Both the position numbers and the translations under genes were made by a program. Below are positions 1 through 13,330 of a DNA stretch of 63,981 nt, one piece after another (position 1 is the first letter of the stretch; every line of letters starts with the position of its first letter). Below the pieces are notes generated by a model, which did not search any database, had not been told where the DNA came from, and worked only from the letters and a program-made list of their open reading frames with translations. The stretch spans positions 3,335,890 to 3,399,870 of the forward strand of contig NC_068989.1 of the NCBI RefSeq assembly GCF_001194135.2. Direction: 5' to 3'. This DNA comes from Octopus bimaculoides. Taxonomy: Eukaryota.

Positions 1-1699
1 TAACCCCAAACTTGACTCACAACTCCCTGGTTTGGTCTGACTTACAGCTGGGATGCCTTTGCTCAGACATAAGCATTTGATCTACTCGATGAGGGTTGGT
101 CCAGGGTTAAACAATGACAGGACTTCTTGTATTGTCTGTGTGTCTCTTAATGTCTTCCTTGGCTATTTACATATCTTATTTAGGTATTTAAAAGTACTAA
201 TGAGGAAATCTGGTTTAGAAATTAATTATCAGAGAGAGAGAGAGGTTAGCTAAGCATAACAATAAGTTCAATGTTGACTGAAGCTTTCATCTTCCCTCCA
301 TTAACAGCAGGCTTCAATTGGGAGACTCATTGTTGTTGACTTTCAGTTTTAGTACCCTGACTAGTATGTGTTTGGATGTACACATACACGCATGTGTATA
401 AATGTGCATCATCTCGTCATGTGGGGGTATTCAGCTGTGTGTATGTGCATACCTCTTTTTGTGAGTATGACTAGATGTAAGAGAGAGAGAGAGAAAAGAG
501 TGAGTGCCTCTCAGCCTGAGTGTGTGTGAGTGTCTATGTGAGTGGAGTCGAAAGACGCCTGTTGTTATTTCTTGTTGTTTGTATTTGTAATTGTGTACCA
601 TGTTCTCCATTTTTTTGTTTGTTTGTTTTTGTCTTTGTTGCTGTACACATTCACTAGCTTTCTGACAAAGGGGTCTAATGCTCTTAGCTTAGACTTTTTT
701 GGGAGCAACCAGATCGAACCATCTCAAGTGTAACTGCCCGAAATGGTCATGACTTCTGGGACTTGACTGAATAAAGAAAGCCAAGAATGACCTGTCCTTC
801 TAATTGTTGTTTCTCTTGTCCGCCTTTGTATCGTCTATGTGTCCAAACATTTTAATGTCCTCTATCGCGTTTTTGTTCCATTTTTATATTTATATATATA
901 CATTACGTATATCTGCAAGTAGTATGTGTGAGTTTGTGGTAAATTACTATTAATAATTTTAATGCAAAAACCACTAAAAATCTAACAATAAATAATTAGG
1001 GGATGACGTAAAGAAAATATTAGTCAGTAACTAAAATTATTTAAATTTTCCCCTCCACCACCATCAGCAAGTATAGGAGAAAATTCTGGTCATGTTTCGC
1101 TCTTATTCTGACCTCATCAACATGCATATCCTAGCTTATCCTTCAGAAAAACTTGCTGTGAAGTAAGAACGAAAGAACCAGAAAGTAAATTTACAAGATA
1201 AAAAAATTAACTTATAGAGAAAAAACTACAATTCTGAGAAGAATTTATCAGAAACAAACGTTTAAAGAGAAGACAGAATATCTGCAGCACCAAAGTCCTG
1301 TTCCTTTAATGTTGCTTGAACTACCTACAATATTCCAAATCGTCCTAAACCAGCATTTATCAGGAGTACCCTATGGTACCAGTCTCCAGCACATTTCTTT
1401 TCTCTTCATCCAGCATAATTCTTCATCATTATTAGGAATTTCTTTTTTTTTTACAACAACCTGACCGAATCAGTAGTGTAGTTGTCTCAATGCATCCATT
1501 CAGACGCGAACACAATTTAATGTTTTTATATATATATTATGAGAAGTGGGGAAGAGGGAAATGGGAAGGTAATGTTAGAAAGTTTGAGAAAGCTTATGTT
1601 TGGAGATACCTCCCCCCAGGGGCTTCAAACTGAAACTATTTCCTGTCTGCACTGCATCTTAACATGTCTTAACATATTGTTTTGAGAAAGAAAGAAAGA

Positions 1700-1702
1700 C
1701 AC

Positions 1703-1736
<34 letters not shown>

Positions 1737-1932
1737 GGAAAGATAGACAGACAGACAGACAGATAGATAGAGTGATGGATGGAGACAAATGATGTTATAG
1801 TTACAGACATACAAACAGATAGGGACAGAGGCAGGTATAGATAGGCAGATTACTGATAGATACTGAGCCACAAAGACATATTTAGATAGATAGAGACATA
1901 AAAAACCCCCCAGATAGGTAGGCATAAGGGGA

Positions 1933-1973
<41 letters not shown>

Positions 1974-1992
1974 AAGAAAGAGAGAGAGAGAG
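1700..1992. repeat. (GATA)n/(GACA)n and (GA)n microsatellites
   Basis: Direct reading; representative of dozens of SSRs in the window. Confidence 0.95.
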
Positions 1993-2250
1993 ATGGGCAT
2001 ATATTAAATACCTAAGGCACATTGGTGTGTATGTGTTTTGTTGATACAATGGGAATTCAGAAATGAATGCAACAAAGATGAAGAAAAACAATGAGATTGT
2101 TAATCTGGGTAACTGAATAATTGCAAGCTACCATGTCTATGGCAACAATTAAGTTCATATGAGCCAATGTGGGATTTTTCTGTGTTTACTTGCCGTGCTA
2201 GAAATAGCAGTCAATTGTCTCTTAAAATCACTGAAAGGAAACATTGGATG

Positions 2251-2641
2251 ATGTATATTATTTACATTTGACAGATTTTGTCCTCATCTTGTTTGTTGTT
2301 AACACAATGTTTCGGCTGATATACCCTCCAGCCTTTATCAGGTGTCTTCGGGAAATTTCGAACCTGGGTTCTCATTCCTAAGGTGGTTAAGAGCGTGGGC
2401 TACTAACCCCAAGATTCCGAGTTCGATTCCAGGCAGTGACCTGAATAATAATAATAATAATAATAGTAATAACATCTGAAAAATACCTTAGGAATGAGAA
2501 TCTAGGTTCGAAATTCCCCCAGGAGACCTGATGAAAGCTGGAGGGTATATCAGCCAAAACGTTGTGTTAACAAACAAGATGAGGACAAATATCCGTCAAA
2601 TGTAAATAATGTACATAATTCGTCATCTCTTAAATATAGAA
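2251..2641. mobile_element. Second inverted dimer of the same SINE (left arm 5'-truncated)
   Basis: 2251-2384 is the reverse complement of the 3' half of the copy at 2383-2641; same family as 45229-45632. Confidence 0.85.
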
Positions 2642-4293
2642 AAAAATCTAAAAATCTATCTTAATAGAGCTGGGTGAAATGGAGGGAAGAAAGAGTGAGG
2701 TACTTGTTTAAAAAGTCACCTGAGGAGATGCAAGATTGCTAATTGTTCAGCATCTCACCTGTGAGGTACAAATGCAGGAGGAGTCGAAAGAATTGTAGGG
2801 AATTTGAATAACGAATCTAGTGGGTTCCATTTTCTGTCCCTGACTAATTAATTAATTAATTAATACATACATACATACATACATACATTGACGGGCATAT
2901 ACACACACCAAGAAGCAACAAACAAATTCCTTCATGTTAAGTTATCAGGGATGTTTATGTTGAGACTGCAAGACGATGTTAATGGGTGGATGGGTGGGGC
3001 AGAAATAACTTTCGTAGACTTGTGGGGGGGGGGATTGGGTGAAAAGATGGAAGATGTGTGAGAAAAAAAGAAGAAAAACAAAAAAATCTGTGCATGTCCT
3101 GTCTTCTGTTTTGTGTCTCATTCAATTGGGATTGATGACTAACTGTGACAAATCTGATTAGTGAAAAATGGAAATGGGACATTAACAACAAATTAAACAC
3201 CAACTAATATCATTAATAATGTGTTTTTTTTCTTTTTTTAATAATTTTCTATGTTTATTTACAGTTTTGTTTTTCTTTACAGCTTGGAGACAACAGAGAA
3301 AGAGGATAAAGAGAAAGAGAGGGGGGAAGAGATTTAAACACACATTATACATTTATCCCAACCATCATCATCATCATCACAACAAACTGTTAAACTAACT
3401 CTTACCCCGCTCCCCCCACCTCCCAGCACATTAAAATCTGTGCCACCACCTCCAGGCTTGTCATCACCACTCCCGAGTCCCCTAACTTAGTAAATTTCAT
3501 GACATCACTTTCACTCCTCCCCACTACTACCCGTCCCAATTTTGAAATTACCACCACCACCACCACCACCACCATGACCTTCATTTCAGAATTGTCACTT
3601 TCACATAGTATCACCACTATGCTGAGAGAGAGTGGCAAGGTGAGTGAGAAAGACAGAGAGACNNNNNNNNNNNNNNNNNNNNNNNNNNNNNNNNNNNNNG
3701 GGTAGAGAGACAGAGAGACGAGGGGGGGTAGAGAGACAGACTGATAGAATGCTAAACCATATATTACTCCCACTGTCACCTCTGTCACTTCCTCTTTGGA
3801 GTAAGAATAGAGGACAAACAGACAACCAGACAGACAAAAGCATACCACAGTTATCAAAGTCATCACCATTATACTTAACGATCTGCAAATATCGAGAGAG
3901 ATGCCTCTACATGGTTATTCCATCTGCTAGAAATAATAGCCAAATCTTTATTAAATGACATACCATCATATTAAATAACGCTGAGTACATTCAATAATGT
4001 AGCTCTAGATATACTATACTTAGAAAAATAAAGATGGGAAGGTCATGGCCGGAACTCAATCATAGATCAGCTCAATTAGGGTAGACCTAAAAGTTAACCC
4101 ATCCATCTCCATCTTCCATTCCATAATACTTTCACAATACATTACTTGTTAACACACAATCACCAACGTCCACAGCTCAAGGGGAAGAGAAATTCAAAAA
4201 GACTGCAACCAGAATTGAAATCAAGTCTAAGGAAAGATTTCGTTTTGGGGTTTGGTTTGCCAAATTCTTTATGTGAATTCGTGTGTTGAAGCA

Positions 4294-4577
4294 TATTTTG
4301 TTGTATCTGGAGAGAGTCATTCTCTTTTTGTATCTTATTATTTAACACATTCACCAGTTTGATTTCCACTCATTTACTTATTTTTTCTAAAATTTTTGTT
4401 TCGTCTTGCAACCTTTTCAATAATTGTTGACTCTGTCCATTCAATGACCATTGAAAAGGTTGCAAGACGCAATGAAAACTTTAGGAAAAATAAATAATTC
4501 AATGAGTGGAAACCGGTTAGTGTGTTAAATAATAAGGTACTAACAGATAATGACTTTCTCCAGACATAAGGAAATAT
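4294..4577. repeat. Diverged inverted duplication with ~128-bp arms
   Basis: 4294-4421 is an imperfect reverse complement of 4450-4577; 28-nt spacer. Confidence 0.85.
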
Positions 4578-5220
4578 TATTATAATGCAATGCAGTGGAA
4601 AGCCAAGAGGAGTTATGCCAAACCAGGGGTCCTCAACCATTCTTTGCCTATTTTCTACAGCTGGATGCCTTTCCTGTTGTTACACAATTGACGTTTTTGT
4701 TCCTGCAATTAACCAACTTATTGAAATGGATTCACAATCAATTAAGCACATTAAATGGCTGAGTGACTGAGCTGTGAGTACAGCCAGGTGTCAATCAGAT
4801 GTCATTCACGAATAAACTAGATCAACAAGCTGTAAAGAAGCACCACCACCACCAACACCACCACTACCACCCAATGCTAACAACATGCTGTTGTTCGTAA
4901 CACTATTTGCTGCTGTTTATCCCTGGGTCAGCCACAGCTGAGTAAACCTATGATCAAAAGGTGTTTCAGCTGCAGATATTTTATTCCATGCTTTTGTACG
5001 ACAAGTCCTTCCCTTTCTTAAGGTGGCTGGGTGTGATTTGAAGGTGATTTGACTACTATTTCTTAAAGCTGCTCTAACCAAATGCTGATGTAACTCAGAC
5101 AAAGTCTTCAATGGTGCCCCAACAACCCAATAAACTATGGCACTCTCTATAATCTACATGACTTTCAGGAAGAGACACTATTCAACCAGTTAACTGGAAA
5201 ATAGGGGACAATGATTATTG

Positions 5221-5480
5221 ATCGTCATCATCATTATCATCGTTTAACGTCCGCTTTCCATGCTGGCATGGGTTGGACGATTTGACTAATGACTGGTGAG
5301 CCAGATGGCTACACCAGGCTCCAATCTGATTTGGCAGAGTTTCTACAGCTGGATGCCCTTCCTAACGCCAACCACTCCAAGAGTGTAGTGGGTACTTTTA
5401 CGTGCCACTGGCACAAAGGCCAGTCAGGCGGTACTGGCAACGGCCATGCTCAAAATGGTGTATTTTACATGCCACCTGAT
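5221..5480. mobile_element. Repeat family C ((ATC)n-cgtttaacgtccgctttccatgctggcatgggttgg...), probably the 3' end of a retroposon
   Basis: Further copies at 31223-31480, 38222-38500, 39640-39775 (inverted), 42198-42420 and 48168-48245. Confidence 0.8.
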
Positions 5481-5949
5481 GACAAAATAAATTGATTAGG
5501 AAGTTAATTAACCTCAAGTCAACTTTGACTGAGCAGATAACAGAACACTTGCATTGCCCTCTTTTCAAACGAGATATCATAACGAACAATCTGTACCAAT
5601 TATTTTAATTTTATGAAATAGCAAACACAACTGGTATAATCAGTAAAAGCAGTCACCCACCAATTGATAGATTCAGCATGAGAATCCAGTGTTCTATTCA
5701 ACCTCAAATTAGTCCTTACAAGGTCATATATCATTTGGATTCACAAAACTACAAAAATGTTGGACAAAAACACTGTGCAGCATTTATAAGCCCTTTGCTG
5801 CCTATGATCGGTGACCTATGCTGTGGTCAACCCAGGGCTTTATAGTGTGACCTATCCACCCCCACTTACACCTCAAGATCTGCTCTTCCTTGAGGCCTTC
5901 TCTCTTCCAGGTTTTGCTAGTTTCACTGCTTCTGTAACTTTGCTTTTCC

Positions 5950-6110
5950 CCTAAGTATGGGAGGACGTTGGCCTCATGCAAACAGGGAAGAGGTGGCCCA
6001 TATTAGTCTGGCCTCTAGCCTTTGACCTGTTTAGCGTGGGAAACCCAGCCAGAGGTTGTACTGCACTGGTTTAGGTCTGAGGGTCATTGAGACACAATCG
6101 ACCACACCAA
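5950..6110 (+). mobile_element. Probable RTE-type LINE 5'UTR remnant
   Basis: ggcctctagcctttgacctgt..gcgtggg..ccagccag..agggtcattgagacac resembles RTE 5' ends; degenerate. Confidence 0.35.
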
Positions 6111-6551
6111 AACAAAACTCGGTCTTGTGGTGGATCCAGTATTTAGTTATGGGTTGTTTTTTTAATGTTCTGAGTTCAAACACTGCTGTGATCAATTCTA
6201 CATTTCATCTTTCCACGGATCAATAAAATAAAATACCAATAAAATGCAGGGGCAGGGTTAATAAAATAAAGTTATTATTGATTTTGCTCACCCATGTAGC
6301 ACCATGTGGCAAATCAATAAAAATATATACTAAATTCTTAGCAGTTAATTTATATAGAATGTTTTTGTTTACTTGCGGGGNNNNNNNNNNNNNNNNGGGG
6401 GGGGGGGGGTGAGTTCTGACCTTTCCTAAGAACTGAAGAGGATGACTGCACTCCAGAACAAAGGGGCCAACAAAGAAGCTTCTACATAGTCACTCAATTT
6501 GCATGAAATAGCAACCCAAATCTCCCTCATAATTATGGCCCATCATCTTAA

Positions 6552-6768
6552 CCCTTTAGCATTTAAGCTGACCATAATCCAGCCCAAATATTCTTCCTGA
6601 TTCATGATCAAACTGGCCAGATCCAACTTTTCATACCTACCCTACAATGTCATTCTAAAAATAAACAGTTACATCATCGAAATCTCAAAGCTGCAATGCA
6701 TGATTAACTGAAAACAACACGAATAAATTAGCATTAGATTGGAGAGAATAATCTGAAGGGCCAAAGGG
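6552..6768. mobile_element. piggyBac-type MITE, family 2
   Basis: TTAA|ccctttagcattt ... caaaggg; related copy from ~44135. Confidence 0.65.
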
Positions 6769-8189
6769 TCAGATGAGCAAATGCATGAGTTAATCTGGTC
6801 CCACACTCCCTTCAAAAGACAAGACTGCCACGAGTGGAATGGCTTTCATTATTATGTTAGCTCAATCTAACAAAATCTCTTGGTGTTTCATCTACAAGGT
6901 AACCAAGAGTTCTCTTCCCCTCGATCAGGTTACAGTTAAAGTGATAAGGGTGTAATCCCCCTCCTTGCCACCAGCATCACAATCACCATCATTGTCCTTA
7001 AGGGCCCCTTGGTAATCCTCCGTCGCTCATATCAAAACAATTGTTTCATTATACTGAAGTAAAAAAACTTCTAGATGACATCATGTAATTTCTCCAGTAT
7101 TTTATCCACAAGAGAACAGGAATGTTTGCCTTCTACTCCCACCCACCTTCAATGGGAATCACCATTCCTTTCCATTTCCTTTACCCCGAATGTTTTCCTT
7201 ATTTTTTGTCTCGTTTTCTCATTTCCTTCAATAACAATGGATACACACACACACACAAATATACATACATAAGCACAAATAGACCAACACACACATATAC
7301 ATAAATATATATATATATATATACGATTATGTATGTGTGTGTGTAGAAATATATATACACACACACACACATGTACATACAAACAAAAACACACAGAAGC
7401 TGAAACAGGATTAAGTACATCACCCCACTCCCCACTACTTCCCAAACAAAACAAAAAAATAATTTTGTAAAACCTTGCTTAGAGGACAAAACAACACCCA
7501 AAGAAAATAAAAAGCCAAATAAACCACATTAGTTAGCGTGTTACCCGCATGGTAACAGATTTATAATGCACCAGTTGGTCGGAACTTAAGGCCCCCCCAG
7601 GAAAGGGTATTTTGCAGTGAGAAAGGGGAGGGAATGGGGAGAGGACTTTAAGACAGGGTGGTCGGTGGGAAGCACCAAATGAAATACAGATGTTTTAAAA
7701 TTAACAGTTTTGATTTTATTTTTCAGACTAGAGTTTCAACAATGTATTGAGCTTTTTGTCCATACACTGTCTCAAACATTCACTTGCAGCAGTTTAAGGT
7801 TAGCAGTTAGTAGCAGCCAGACTTTGTAATACCAACGGTATGCACTAACCCCTGTAATATAACAAGCGTGACGGTTCTTGCTGCATGCAGATTTTCTTGG
7901 TGTTTGTAGTAATTGAGTCTTTGTGCTAAACATTAGAAGACACAGTTAAATTGTACGCATGTTTTCTTAATGTGCATTATGGTTGTGTGTTTGTGTTGTA
8001 TATAAGTAGACACACAGACATGTTCTAGACCACAAGATCTCAAAGTAGGTGCTACTGCCACCCTCCGGTGGGCTGGTGCTTAAGGGGGTGGTAGAAAAAA
8101 GGAGATGCTGGGAGGAAGGCAGTGGATTGCGGGATACTATGAATTTATTATAATATCATTATAGTACTGTATACAAATTATATAGATAT

Positions 8190-8402
8190 TCCTTTCTACT
8201 CTAGGCACAAGGCCCGAAATTTTTGGAGAGTGGGAGCCAGTCAATTAGATCAACCCCAGTATGCAACTAGTACTTAATTTATTGACCCCTGAAAGGATGA
8301 AAGGCAAAGTTGACTTCAGCAGAATTCGAACTCAGAACATAGCAATGGATGAAATATCGCTAAGCATTTCGTCCAGCGTGCTAATGATTCTGCCAGCTCA
8401 CT
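8190..8402 (-). mobile_element. SINE family B (tRNA head, tail ...ccttgtgcctagagtagaaa)
   Basis: Reverse-complement match; many CpG-type substitutions. Confidence 0.9.
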
Positions 8403-9199
8403 GCTATAAAAATATTAATAATAATAATAATAATAATTTCTAAATCAGGTACAACAAGATCTCAAATCTAGAGTGGAGAGAATTGATTATATCAACACCA
8501 GTATTTAAAGGATAATCATGATTTCTAAGAATAGAACAAGGTCAACATTGAAATTTCTTGTTTAATATTAATGTTAAATAACAGCAACAAAAAACAAAAA
8601 CAAAAACCGAAAATACAAAAGAAATGTTCAACGATTTTCTTTTCGTGTTAAATGAGCTAAACTTTAATGTGTTATTCAGGGTCTATGAGAGAGATACGCT
8701 AGGGATACAGTATATCTGGGCTGAGAAATTTCTTGGGATTTCAGAAAATGCTTGCATGCATGGTCATGTGGTTAAGAAATAAACTTCAAAACCATGCAGC
8801 TTTGGGTTCAGTTCCATTGCGCAGCACCTTTGGAAAGCCCCAGATTGAAACAATGTCTTGTGAGTGAATTTGGTGGACAGAAACTGCAGAAGCACAGTGT
8901 GTGTGTGTGTGTGTGTGAGTGTAGATAAATGATAGAAAATGGAATGAGTGACATTATTGAAAATCCCTACAATTGCTTCAGCCCATTTCTACACCTTTAG
9001 TACACAGGTGACATGTTCTGTAACCATTATCGTACACGCAGGTGTAAAATGTGCCTCCTAAGGTGATCGCTTAGAGAAGTCCTTCCTTAGATCATACAGT
9101 CATTTCACTCAGTGTGAGAATGCTGGATAAAGCATATAAGACTTTGGGCCAAATCTTATTTAACTATACATACATACATATATAGAATATGTATATAAG

Positions 9200-9579
9200 A
9201 GCAGGATTGTGGTAAGAAGCTGGCTTCCCAACCACATGGTTCCGGGTTCAGTCTCACTGTATGGCACCTTGGGCAAGTGTCTTCTACTATAGCCTCGGGC
9301 CGACCAAAGCCTAGCGAGTGGATTTGATAAATGGAAACTGAAAGAAGCCAGTCGAGCATATATATATATATATATTTATATGTATTTGTCCCCCCACCAT
9401 CACTTGACAACCGATGTTGGTGTATTTACATCCCCATAACTTAGCAGTTCGGCAAAAAGAGCCCGATAGAATAAGTACTAGGCTTACAAAGAATAAATCC
9501 TGGGGTCGATTTGGTGAACTAAAGGCGGTGCTCCAGCATGGCCGCAGTCAAATGACTGAAACAAGTAAAAGAATAAAAG
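9200..9579 (+). mobile_element. SINE family A (tRNA head, internal microsatellite, conserved tail)
   Basis: Head ggttccgggttcagtc.cactg, tail ...ccagcatggccgcagtcaaatgactgaaacaagtaaaag; more than 12 copies in the window. Confidence 0.9.
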
Positions 9580-10857
9580 TACAGGTATCTGTGCGTTTTT
9601 GTTTGGCTCTCAACTGCTTGACAACCAGTGTTGGTTTGTTTCCATCCACTTAACTTAGTGGTTTGGCAAAACAAGTACCGGAAGAATAAAAAAATAGAAA
9701 TGAAGACTAGCATCACAGAAAGGGAGTGAAGAATGAAAGACACTTTGTATTTCTTCTTAAAATTCTTCCTGCTTTCTGCTGGATTTCCATTGTGACTAGG
9801 ACGCCATGTTTCCTGATGTTTTTCTCTTTCATTGGAACGAGGAACCGTGAATTTCCTCGACTGGTTCACCAAATCATGGGTGTATCAGGAGTAATTATAA
9901 TTGTTTTTCCTTGTCATAAGGGTGCCTAATATGTTTGGAAGATTTTTAATAATGGCGATCAACAAAGAGAAAGGCACTGGAAGGAAGCTAATTAATTAAT
10001 TATGTAAAGTATAGGGTAAAGAGATAATCGTTAAATGTATTAAATAAATCTGAAGCAAAATTAGAACCGTAATGTCCGACTTTACGTAAAATGCGTTTAA
10101 CTTAGATTTTTTTTTTTTTGAAAAGGCAGAAACTGAAATATAATTACACCAAATAAATAAAAGCCACGTGTATTATTAAATGATGTAACTGCATTCTGTT
10201 TGATCGATGCCAGGTAATAAAAGGACCCCTTGTATAGGCTCGGGAACAAGGGGTGCTGGGAGTGCAAGTGTAACCCCTAAAAATTTTTGATGGGTGATAA
10301 AACGCTTTGAACATCTGGAGTTGACTTAGGTTTGCAACCCTTAAGCAAATTTCGTTCCCCCCACCCTTATGATCCTCTGGTTAACGAACTGCCAAAGCTC
10401 CAAATATACCACACGACTGAAAAGGACTGATATTAAAAGCAGGTTCACAAATAAATTGCTTCTTATCCTGGCTGACTATCAAAACTACTATCTAATGATT
10501 TTAGTAGAATGAAACCCCGCTTAATTACGGGAGAAATTATAACGTGAAAACATATATAAGCCTTCACTAAATTACCAGTATGTTTGCTTTTATTTATTTA
10601 TATAATTTTAATTTTTTATAAACAGAGATGTTATAGAAGCGATAAAAAAAAAAGAAGCCCAAATTTTCTATCATAAACAAAACGTCACACATTGTATGTG
10701 CAGTGGTGGGTGGTGGGGGTATAGACGATATTGTCAACCCGCCCCCGGAAGAATGAAAGGCTAAGTTGACCTTGGTGGGATTTATATTCACGCAACGTGA
10801 AGCGACCGAACTAAATACCGCAAAGTATTTTGTTAAATGCTCTATCGATTTTGCCTG

Positions 10858-11077
10858 TCTTTTCTACTCTAGGCACAAGGCCTGAAATTTTGGGGGACGG
10901 GCGCCAGTAGATTAGATCGATCCCCAGTACGCAACTGGTACTTAATTTATCGACCCCGAAACGATGAAAGGTAACGTCAACCTCGGTGGAATTTGAACTC
11001 AGAACGTAACGGCAGACGAAATTCCGCTAAGCATTTCGCCCGGCGTGCTAACGTTTCTGCCAGCTTGCCCACCGCCT
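10858..11077 (-). mobile_element. SINE family B, CpG intact
   Basis: Full-length reverse-complement match. Confidence 0.95.
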
Positions 11078-11799
11078 TCGATTCTGCAAGTCTTAAAAAA
11101 TCCATTGTCTTTTTCCTAGACCAAAAATAAGAATGCAAGACGACAAACTAAGCGTCAACAAAAATAATTTCTAAGAACCGTACCAGACCAGAAATTTGCA
11201 TAGTCGATTATTGATCCGAGATAAGTTAAATGCAAGTCTTTTAGCTCATGGCTTTTGTATTCTGCGATTTGAACCCAGAATGTAAAAACCACAGTCAATA
11301 ATGCAAGGTCGCTACCGATCGCCAACCCACCATTCTTTCTCTAGTTATATTACCACTTCACTATAATAATTAAACTATAAGATGGAGTGAAATTGTGTCA
11401 GTAACCTGGCAGTAAAACTTTTTAGTATTTAATTCTGCTACAAAAGAACAAAACAGTTCACTAAATCAAAACAAATGTGAATATAATGTTACATGTGTTT
11501 TTATCATGACAATACCACCACGTATGTAAATGGTTTCGCTTTAAACAAACGATTCAGGAGATCAAATAACTTTAACAAAACACAACTTAAAATTAATTAA
11601 TATAGTACCTTGCAGTAATATTTGTACGGATTAAACATCTTCATGGTGACAACCAACAGTACAATTCCAACAATATGTAAATATATGTATATATATATAC
11701 GTAGATGTGAGTATGCTATTAATTTATCCACACAGCAATCCAGTATTATGGTAGTTCATAGTTCGAGGAGTGAATATAAAGTTAAGGACAGATAGGCGA

Positions 11800-12200
11800 A
11801 GATAGCCTTAACTGTAACCACATATATATACCCTCGTCGCCCGCTTCTAACAATGTTTCTCCAGCTGTTTCACAAATAAAGTCTCAGCTTGTCATTATAG
11901 GATGGCGAGTTGGAGGGGCGGGTCGCCTTGGGACTTGTGACGACAGTCGAGCGATTCATTCGGTCGGTGGCGGCAATCAGCATTGAATGATAACAGTTAA
12001 TAATAAACAATAAATAACGGTATATAATTTGCTCTGACTTCAAAAAACAGTAAATTTCTCTCTACTCGTTTGTCATTACGAAGACGGCCGGTTGCACCGA
12101 ATTGAATGTGCGTGCGTGATTACAATACGTATGCCTCTTCTAAGATAGACATAAACACACACGCACATATATATGTATAACGGTTCCTGTATGGAATCAA
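11800..12200. promoter_or_regulatory. CpG-rich promoter/first-exon-like segment
   Basis: Unique CpG-dense sequence with a GC box (gaggggcggg, ~11914) and possible donors on both strands. Confidence 0.35.
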
Positions 12201-12994
12201 ATTAATTTATATTTCCGCACTGTCAGTAAAAAGAACGTGGAGCCAGCGAGGAAGCCTGTAAGAGGACCCTCGACTTGCTAGAAATAACAGGCAACTCCCT
12301 TTCAAGTTCACAGCTAAACACTAACAGCCAGATAACAATAGTTTGTAAGACATCATTATAAATACGACAGTCTGCTTTCTCACTGCATTCTTATTCTTAC
12401 AGAGCAGACAATGTTGTTAAGCCCTGAGGCACAGAAGCCTTAATTCGTAATCCTTTCCACCCCTGCTTCGCTTAATTTGTGTGCAGTAACTGCTGATAAA
12501 CACGAGGGGACTACTACATCAGCTCCAAGTAATTACATCCTTCCATATTGACAAAGAAAGGGTACATCGGGTGCTGCAAAAATATGAATGATGGCCATGG
12601 ATAGGATACAGGGTAGGGCTGGACCAGGGCAGACCTGGGGTTAACAAGCGACACGAATGATTGCAGGAAACCCGTATTAACATAAATCTATGCATAACAT
12701 TATACGCACAAAACTTGGTAAGTTTGTGTATGGAAGTATAAAGAGAGACTCAACGCAATTTTGCATGGTAGATTTATACATAGTCATGACTGTAAACAAC
12801 TCGTTTTTGATAGAGGCATGTGTGTGTGAGAGAGAGAAAGAGAGTTAGAAAAAAAGAAAGAGAGAGAGAGAGAAAAAGAAAGAAAGAGAGAGAGAAAAAG
12901 AAAGAGAGAGAGAGGAAAAAAGAAAGAGAGAGAGAGTGCTGTTTGTTGTGATACACAAAACCTGTCTTTAGCTAAATTTTAATTGCGTTTTTTT

Positions 12995-13205
12995 TCTTTT
13001 TGTTTCAGTCATTTGACTGCGGCCATGCTAGAGCACTGCCTTTTAGTCGAACAAATCGACCCCAGGACTTGTTCTTTGTAAGCCTAGTACTTATCATATC
13101 GGTCTCTTTTGCCGAACCGCTAAGTTACGGGGACGTAAACACACCAGCATCGGTTGTAAAGCGATTGTGGGGGGGGGACAAACACAGACACAAACATATA
13201 TGTAT

Positions 13206-13236
<31 letters not shown>

Positions 13237-13330
13237 CGACAGCCTTCTTTCAGTTTCCGGCCCAAAGCAATATTAGAAGACATTTGCCCAAGGTGCCACG
13301 CAAGCCACTTACCACACAGCCACTCCCGAG
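12995..13330 (-). mobile_element. SINE family A
   Basis: Reverse-complement match with part of the head deleted. Confidence 0.9.

Noticed and set aside
655-760. Hammerhead-like words CUGACAA...CCCGAAAUGGUC
   Set aside because: Core is mutated and stem I does not pair; at most a decayed Penelope-like end.
2383-2445. tRNA gene
   Set aside because: Lacks the 5' acceptor stem and continues into a SINE body; a tRNA-derived head only. The same applies to ~30640-30690.
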